Part shown: positions 57,324 to 64,000 of the stretch, one piece after another | Numbering within the stretch: the stretch's first letter is position 1 | Layout: the number at the start of each line of letters is the position of its first letter | Assembly (NCBI GenBank): GCA_012295275.1 | Contig: CM022673.1 | Location: forward strand, 29,078,001 to 29,142,000 | From: Chrysomallon squamiferum | Lineage: Eukaryota > Animalia > Mollusca | Length of the DNA: 64,000 nt | Direction of reading: 5' to 3' | Translations under genes and position numbers: made by a program | The notes under the pieces: model-generated | Seen by the model: the letters and a program-made list of their open reading frames with translations, nothing else | Told to the model about the DNA's origin: nothing | Database searches by the model: none

Positions 57324-57724
57324 TATTATCATGATTGTGATGCAAATTATTTTAATTCAAATTCTCTTGGATTTATTGTATTTTGTACAAAGTATCTATA
57401 AAATTTTTAACTACATGCACTCAAGTTATAAATTAATAAATAAAATATATGATAATATGAAATGGTAATCATAATAAGCCGTTTGAAAATATTAAATACC
57501 TCGTCAGAAGTAAGATATATAATAATATAATAATTATATAAGACAATAAAGTAGTTTGAAAGAATTAATTAAAACGGCTAATAATATTTTTAAAGAAAAA
57601 TAACTAGTTTTTTTAATGTATTTTAATGTAATATAATATATGTTCCTTTAACAGAAATGTTTCTAAAATTATGGTACTGTGAAGCAAATGTGAAGGTCGA
57701 AAAAATACGCCACTATCGTTTATT

Positions 57725-57737
57725 GTTGATTAGCAAC
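57725..57737. promoter_or_regulatory. RFX X-box-like site GTTGATTAGCAAC upstream of SPAG1
   Basis: One perfect TAGCAAC half-site. X-boxes are typical of ciliary genes, and SPAG1 is a dynein-arm assembly factor. Confidence 0.5.
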
Positions 57738-58362
57738 TAGTACCAGTCCATATTCTTACCTTACGATTACAGTTATCGAAACTGGTTGCAACTACGAAAG
57801 TGTATTCCAGATTCCACTAACTCTTAGTTTCAGTTTTGCTAATGAGTGCAGTATTTTTAAGTAGTAGGTATTAAGTGGGAAAAGAAAGAAAGAAAAGGTG
57901 CGATATAATAGTGTTTGCTTGTCAATAATCAACCTTAATATTTTAATAACAACGATTAACTTAATCATTATCATACGCACAATGCGGCTAAGCGATTTCG
58001 GATTTGCCTAATCACGCCTCTATTGTGAAATTGCAAAAACATTCGAAACACTTATTTTTTTAGCCGGAAATAATTAATTTGCTTCCTGCATATATCAGTT
58101 AAATAATATATATTTTTTGTTAATTCATATAAAAATGATAATAAATACATGCTATTTAAAAGAAGAGAATAAAAAACTACAGTCAAAATTATAAATAATT
58201 AAATTAAAATTGCGCTAAGTATATTCATATATAATGCATTATTAAATTTAAAGTAATATTTACTTTTCCACAACCCCCTTATCTCTTTCAATATATATAT
58301 ATATATAATCTTTTGGAACTGGACGTAACGGAATACCGAATCTTTATTATTATTATTATTAC

Positions 58363-58443
<81 letters not shown>

Positions 58444-58498
58444 CATCATTTCTCTGTACGGTCTATACAAATTTGATTAAATTTCTGTTTTGCAGAAA

Positions 58499-61400
58499 AT
58501 GGCAGACATGCTTATACATAGCAGAACAAAGCGATATGATATACCTTTAGGCCATCTGGATCATGAGTACATAAAAAATTGTAAGGACATCAAAGAAATT
58601 GAAAGAATCTTAAAGATTTTGAGGTAATATTTTTATCATTTTACTTAATCTGACACTTAATGTATAAAGGTATATTTAAATGATGGAGTACATTCAGTTG
58701 AAGTTAAATATTATATACTTAATAAATTGTTTTAAAAAACCCACTTATATCAGTAATTTCATATTGTTTGTAGAGATTGAAAAGTCATAAATGACTTAAA
58801 ATTAATCATTAGTCTGTAAGTTCATCAAATACTAGTATGCTTAATCCAGTATATTTATTAATTATTTATACTCATAGGGATAATATTTATAAATTATAGG
58901 TTTTAAACTGTCATACTTCATGTACTTGTAGATCAGGAGAAGAAGGGAGTTACCAAGGCCTGGAAAATCTTGCAGAATGTAGACTTGAAGAACTTGATCC
59001 CCAAAAGTTAGTTATGCCTTTTATACTTATGAAATGTCTCTGTATGTGTGTATATGTTTATGTAATCTGATAGAATATTGTGACAAGTTTGTAAAGCATT
59101 ACAGTTGAAGATTGGACATTGTGCAGTTTGGTTTATAAATATATTTTAACATGTTTTGTTTCCTTCCTTTATCAAGTATACTGTTACGGAAAACAACACC
59201 AGTTCCATCATTTAAGGATATTGACAAAGAAGAAAGAAACTGTCTTGATTCAGATCTAAAGGTAAGATATTAACTCTTGATTTATTTCAGTTTAACATAA
59301 AAATAATAACTTGCAAATATAATTACTAGATAGTACATACTAACTGATATCATGATATAAACTCATCATCCAGTAAAATATTATTTTAACTGTATAATCA
59401 AAAGTCAGTTAAACTTTCTTTTAAAAATTTTAAAGAGATTTAAAAATAAAATAAAAGTAATAATAATAATAATAGTAAAAATTAATAGATTATTATTACA
59501 ATTTTAGCACTGGACAGCAAATATGAAAGACATTGAAAACAGTTTGAAGAAAAACCCAAATTTAGTCACTGAAGATGATTCTTCTCTGCCCCCTGTCAGA
59601 GGAGAGGGTGTGACAATCACCAAGGATGGGGTATTTATAAAAATGAACTTTAATAAACAGTAAAATATAACACATAGGCAATACTAATTAATAATTATTT
59701 GTTTTATAGTAAAGATATTAGATATAATATTTTTATAAACAATACATTATATTTAGCTGATGTTTTTTGTTTAGTTAAATATAGATTCATTTGCTTCTAT
59801 AGTAACAGCAAGTAAACTTGATTCTGAGGTCTCAAATTAAGAATTATATTATTTAGCATTAACTTATTCTTTATAAAATAGTTTTTAGAATTTCTGTCTA
59901 TTATATATTCTATAACTTCTGTCAAGAATGAAATTATTTTTAGTTTTAGTTTTTTCCATGACAATAACCTTTAGTAACCTCTTGGAGGTTACAGTGCACT
60001 GAGTTATAACATAATCTCTGCTATGTCTTACAGTGCACTGAGTTATAACATAATCTCTGCTATGTCTTACAGTGCACTGAGTTATAACATAATCTCTGCT
60101 ATGTCTTACAGTGCACTGAGTTATAACATAATCTCTGCTATGTCAAAGCATAATTTTTTTTGTCCAGAAAGATGCTTAAGTATTGTGTCTGCTTGTAGCA
60201 TAATTCCAGACTAACCATAACAAAATCTTATCAAGTAGAAACAATCATTCCGATTGCAATGTGCACCGACTTCTCAGATTTCTACCACTTGTTTTGTTTA
60301 TTACTCATTTGTCAACGTGGGGACTTTTCAGTGTCAAAATTCTGTAGGTTATAGTTCCAAATAAACTGAAATAATATTATGAACAAATTACGGAATCCTA
60401 CCAATGAAAAAAAAGAAGGAAAACTTGGTCCTATGAACTGGTGGCAAATTATTGTCAATAGTGAAGACATTATTATTATTATTATTATTTTATTTTTATC
60501 AAATTATTTTAAAATGTTTTTTCCAAATGAAATTTGCAATAACTATTACTAGATGATGTTTATTTTATTTTGTATTATTCTAGGAAGTGAAAGAAAAGAA
60601 GAATGTTCAGAAAAAAGTATTACCAAGAGATTATAAAGATTGGGAAAAGTAAGTCACAGAGTATTTAAAAGTAAACCTGTCAGGTGGAATTTAATGTATT
60701 TATTTATTAACTGCTAGACTAGCCTGTGTGTCATATCAAACCAGGTGTTACATCATTCTTTTCCTGAGTGGATATGAATATTTCTAGATTCCCAACTCCT
60801 CATAGAGTTTTGATAACTTCATCGATGTGTATATTTCTCTACTAAGTCTAAAAATGAATATGCTGGCAATTGGTAAAGTTGGCAAAACAGAGTTCATAAA
60901 GTGCTCTAAAACACACGTTAGTATTAATATCTATAAGTTTCATAACTGGATAAAAGAGATAAGGTACACATTTTTATATATTTTTTTATTAAGCATTTAA
61001 TTGCTTACACATAATTTTTTTGTTTCTAGGTTTGACCTGGATAAAGAACTTGAAAAGGTGGATAAGGAAGATGAGGAAAGGAAGGTTGTAAAACCAGCTG
61101 GTAAAGCTGTCAAAGGTCTTGATCCTCGAATTGATGCCACTGGTGAGATATTTTATTATGTTATCTCACATATAACACAAACTCTGTGCGTTGTAAAAGT
61201 TACTTAGTAGAAGCTGAAGCCAAAGCTTGAACCTAAAACCCTTACACAAAAGTTGGGATATTATTAAAATACATGTGAAAATAATCATGTGACATTTTAG
61301 ATACACATTTTGGTTACACTCTGCAATCTAGTTACAGTATCGACATTTAAGTCAGTCACATGCTTACAACAATGGTGGAAAATTAAATGGCTGATCATTA

Positions 61401-64000
61401 CACCAGCAATAAAGGGAACCCAACTATTAACCAAACTGCTACTTAGGCAACAAAATAATTAAATGATGCAAATGTCCCAGTTTGGCAGTGCTTTGGCCAG
61501 TTGTCAATGTCCATGGACAAAGGTCTGTCTATTCTAAACTTTGACTGTAAGTTTCCAAAGGTTGATAAATGAAGAATTATACATGTTGTAATTATTGTAT
61601 GCAGTTGTATCAATTATAAGGCATTTGTAGTCTGAGTTGAATTTTAGTCATTTCAAATACTGAACTACAGTGTAGGGCCTTAATGACTATATTCGTTTCT
61701 CTGTTGCTAGGTTGTTGCTTTTTTGTACTTAAAATAATGGGCACTCCCATAAAAAAAGATAAAAGATAACTTTGATTTGTAAAATTTAGTATTTATTTAA
61801 AACATTTATCTTTTAAATAAGGCTTGACTGAAGAGGAAAAGATTAGAAGAGCAGCCATGGAGAAAGAAAAAGGAAATGAAGTAAGTTAATACATTCTTGC
61901 ATTTCCAAAATTTAACAAATAAATGCTCTTGCTATTGGTGCTGCTGCTACTACTAATGATGATAATAATAATAAAAGTAAAACTAATACTAATATCAAAT
62001 AATAAAATAATTGTTATGATACTTTTGTTTATTTTCCAACAAAGATTAACATCTTTGTTTAAGATTAATTAAAATTTTAAAAAAAGAAAGAAATGCAACC
62101 AACTTGTAGCTACATTTTTTGTTATTGTAAATGTATTTTCATGATACAAATATATTTTTAATCCACCATTTTTTTTTTTTTTTTTTTTTGTTAATTTGTT
62201 TTTGTTTTGTTTAGCAATTAATTTTAATGTGAAATGTACTTATTATTTTTGTTTGAACATTTATTTATAATATTTCTTGTTCAGGCCTTTAACTCAGGTG
62301 ATTATGAAGAATCCATATTGTATTATTCAAGAAGTCTTTCCCTTGTAGAACAACCAGCGTCTTTCAACAACAGAGCATTAGCATGTTAGTAGTTTTTCTA
62401 ATTAATTTCTTCTGTTACTGCTCTAATTCCTTACAGAAAAGATAATTCATAATCTGAAGTCGTTATTACAATATTTGAATTCATTTGCACATATATTTCC
62501 AAAATATAGTTCTAAAAAACTTAAAGAGAAAAAATTAACAAATTTGTAAAATAGTTATGACTGTTCTTTTAGTGTTTCTTGGTTTTGCAAACATTATTAT
62601 TTCTATTTCCCATCATAAAAACCAGCACAGCTCTGAATTTGATATAAAACATTCATCAAATAAAGAGGAAAAGAAAATGAGATTTCAATTTTTTCTTACT
62701 TCCATAGAGCATTATTATATTTAAATGTTAGAAAGACTGCAGAATATTTAATATTTCCAACATACAGTTTTAACTGTTGTTAAGAAAGGTAATTTTAAAT
62801 ATAAGTTTCGTTAAGAAAGGTAATTTTAAATATAAGTTGCATATGCACAAGTATCTCATATAATGTGAATAATATTTGATGTCACAGTATCCCTGTGTTA
62901 TTGCAGATCTGAAACAGTCTAAATGGGACTATGCTTTGAATGATTTGAAAAATGTACTGAAAGATGAACCAGATAACATTAAAGGTAATTTTATTATTAT
63001 TATTTTATTTTTTTTTATTTTTATTTTTTTAATTAAAGTGTCTTTTAATTTATTTTTTTTAGTATTTTTGTGTTTATTTAAGAGTTCTTATTTTCTTGTA
63101 AATTATTTTTTTATATTTAATTTTTAAAATCATTCAGCATTACTTAGGATTGGCACAGCATACAAAGGAAAGAAATGCTTTGAAGAAGCTAAAAAATGCT
63201 TTCGAAGAGTTTTAAAGTTGGAATCTAACAACAAAAGAGCTGAGGTATTATTACTTTTTTTAATTTAAATTATTTATCACTTTACAGATGCATAGTAGAA
63301 GAGTATGAAATTACAAAAGCATGTTTCTTTTTTTGTGGCTTTTTAATCTTTTCCTTAACAATGTATTGAAAAGTCAAATATAATATTTCAGTTGCATCTT
63401 TGGATTGTAATATCATTAAATAAATACATATTGTATGACAAAAAGTCATCAAGATGATAAAACCAGTACTATAAGTTGTTATCATTGTGATTAAACAATT
63501 TATTTATATTAGTGGATTTTTTTTTTTTTTTATGTTTTGCTTTACATTTTCAATATTATTGACAGAAGTTCTTGTATTAAAACACATGGCTAACTTAATT
63601 TGTTTCTAAAAACACTGCAAATTAACACCATCCATTATTAAACAAATAATTTATTTATAATCAGTGCATTTACTTGTTTGTTTTTTTAGATTTTTAATTA
63701 TTACTTGCATCTTTGTCTTATTTGTTTTATTTTTAAAAAATGATAAGCAATTAAAACCCATCATTATCCAGTGCAGTTCTTTATTTTTTAGTTATTACTG
63801 GCATGATTACTGTCTTATTTGATTTCTGTTAAAACAGTATTAGACAAACAGTTGATCTATAATGATTCTATTTCATTTGTTTTATATTTTCAGTCGTTAC
63901 TTGCAGAATTAGAGAAGGAAGAAAAGAAGTACAAAGCTGAAAAGGAGGAAAGGAAGGTGAAGGGTCACAGGATGAAAATTGAAGATGTCAGTGATTCTGA
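58499..64000 (+). CDS. SPAG1: Sperm-associated antigen 1 (TPR co-chaperone), 5' part; continues beyond the window
   Basis: Exons 58499-58623, 58932-59006, 59177-59261, 59508-59630, 60584-60648, 61030-61142, 61822-61880, 62285-62384, 62907-62983, 63138-63244 and 63894-end. Translation gives IPLGHLDHEYIKNC...ILRSGEEG, PRDYKDWEKFD and the TPR motif EKEKGNEAFNSGDYEES. Confidence 0.93.
59989..60144. repeat. 39-bp minisatellite, 4 exact copies, in a SPAG1 intron
   Basis: TTACAGTGCACTGAGTTATAACATAATCTCTGCTATGTC repeated 4 times. Confidence 0.95.

Noticed and set aside
59989-60144. Regular 39-bp repeats as a CRISPR array or repeat protein
   Set aside because: The units are contiguous with no spacers and lie inside a eukaryotic intron; this is an ordinary minisatellite.

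Overview
AT-rich, microsatellite-laden animal genomic DNA with spliced genes; a mollusc or other lophotrochozoan is my inference. The right part holds two conserved housekeeping genes arranged head to head. Cullin-2 lies on the minus strand (CDS 54760-44847) and has one AT-AC minor-class intron and one GC-AG intron. SPAG1 lies on the plus strand from 58499 and runs off the window. The left ~41 kb holds a cluster of 14 tiny paralogous genes (13 intact plus 1 pseudogene) that the ORF track misses because they are spliced and short. Each has a TATA promoter, a 34-nt first coding exon (46 nt in one copy), a phase-1 intron and a 22-23 aa signal peptide followed directly by a poly-Cys domain. Class A mature peptides are 8-33 aa, mostly Cys and Lys (e.g. 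CCCKCCKCCCKCCCKCCKCCCDKK, up to 69% Cys). Class B is C5-P-C3-RCRC plus HHLRQLLR and a Thr/Ala/Glu-rich tail. Class C is a single divergent copy. I do not recognise this as a described family: it looks like secreted, metallothionein-like or ultra-high-sulfur peptides. All exon structures were read by eye from splice signals and need RNA confirmation.
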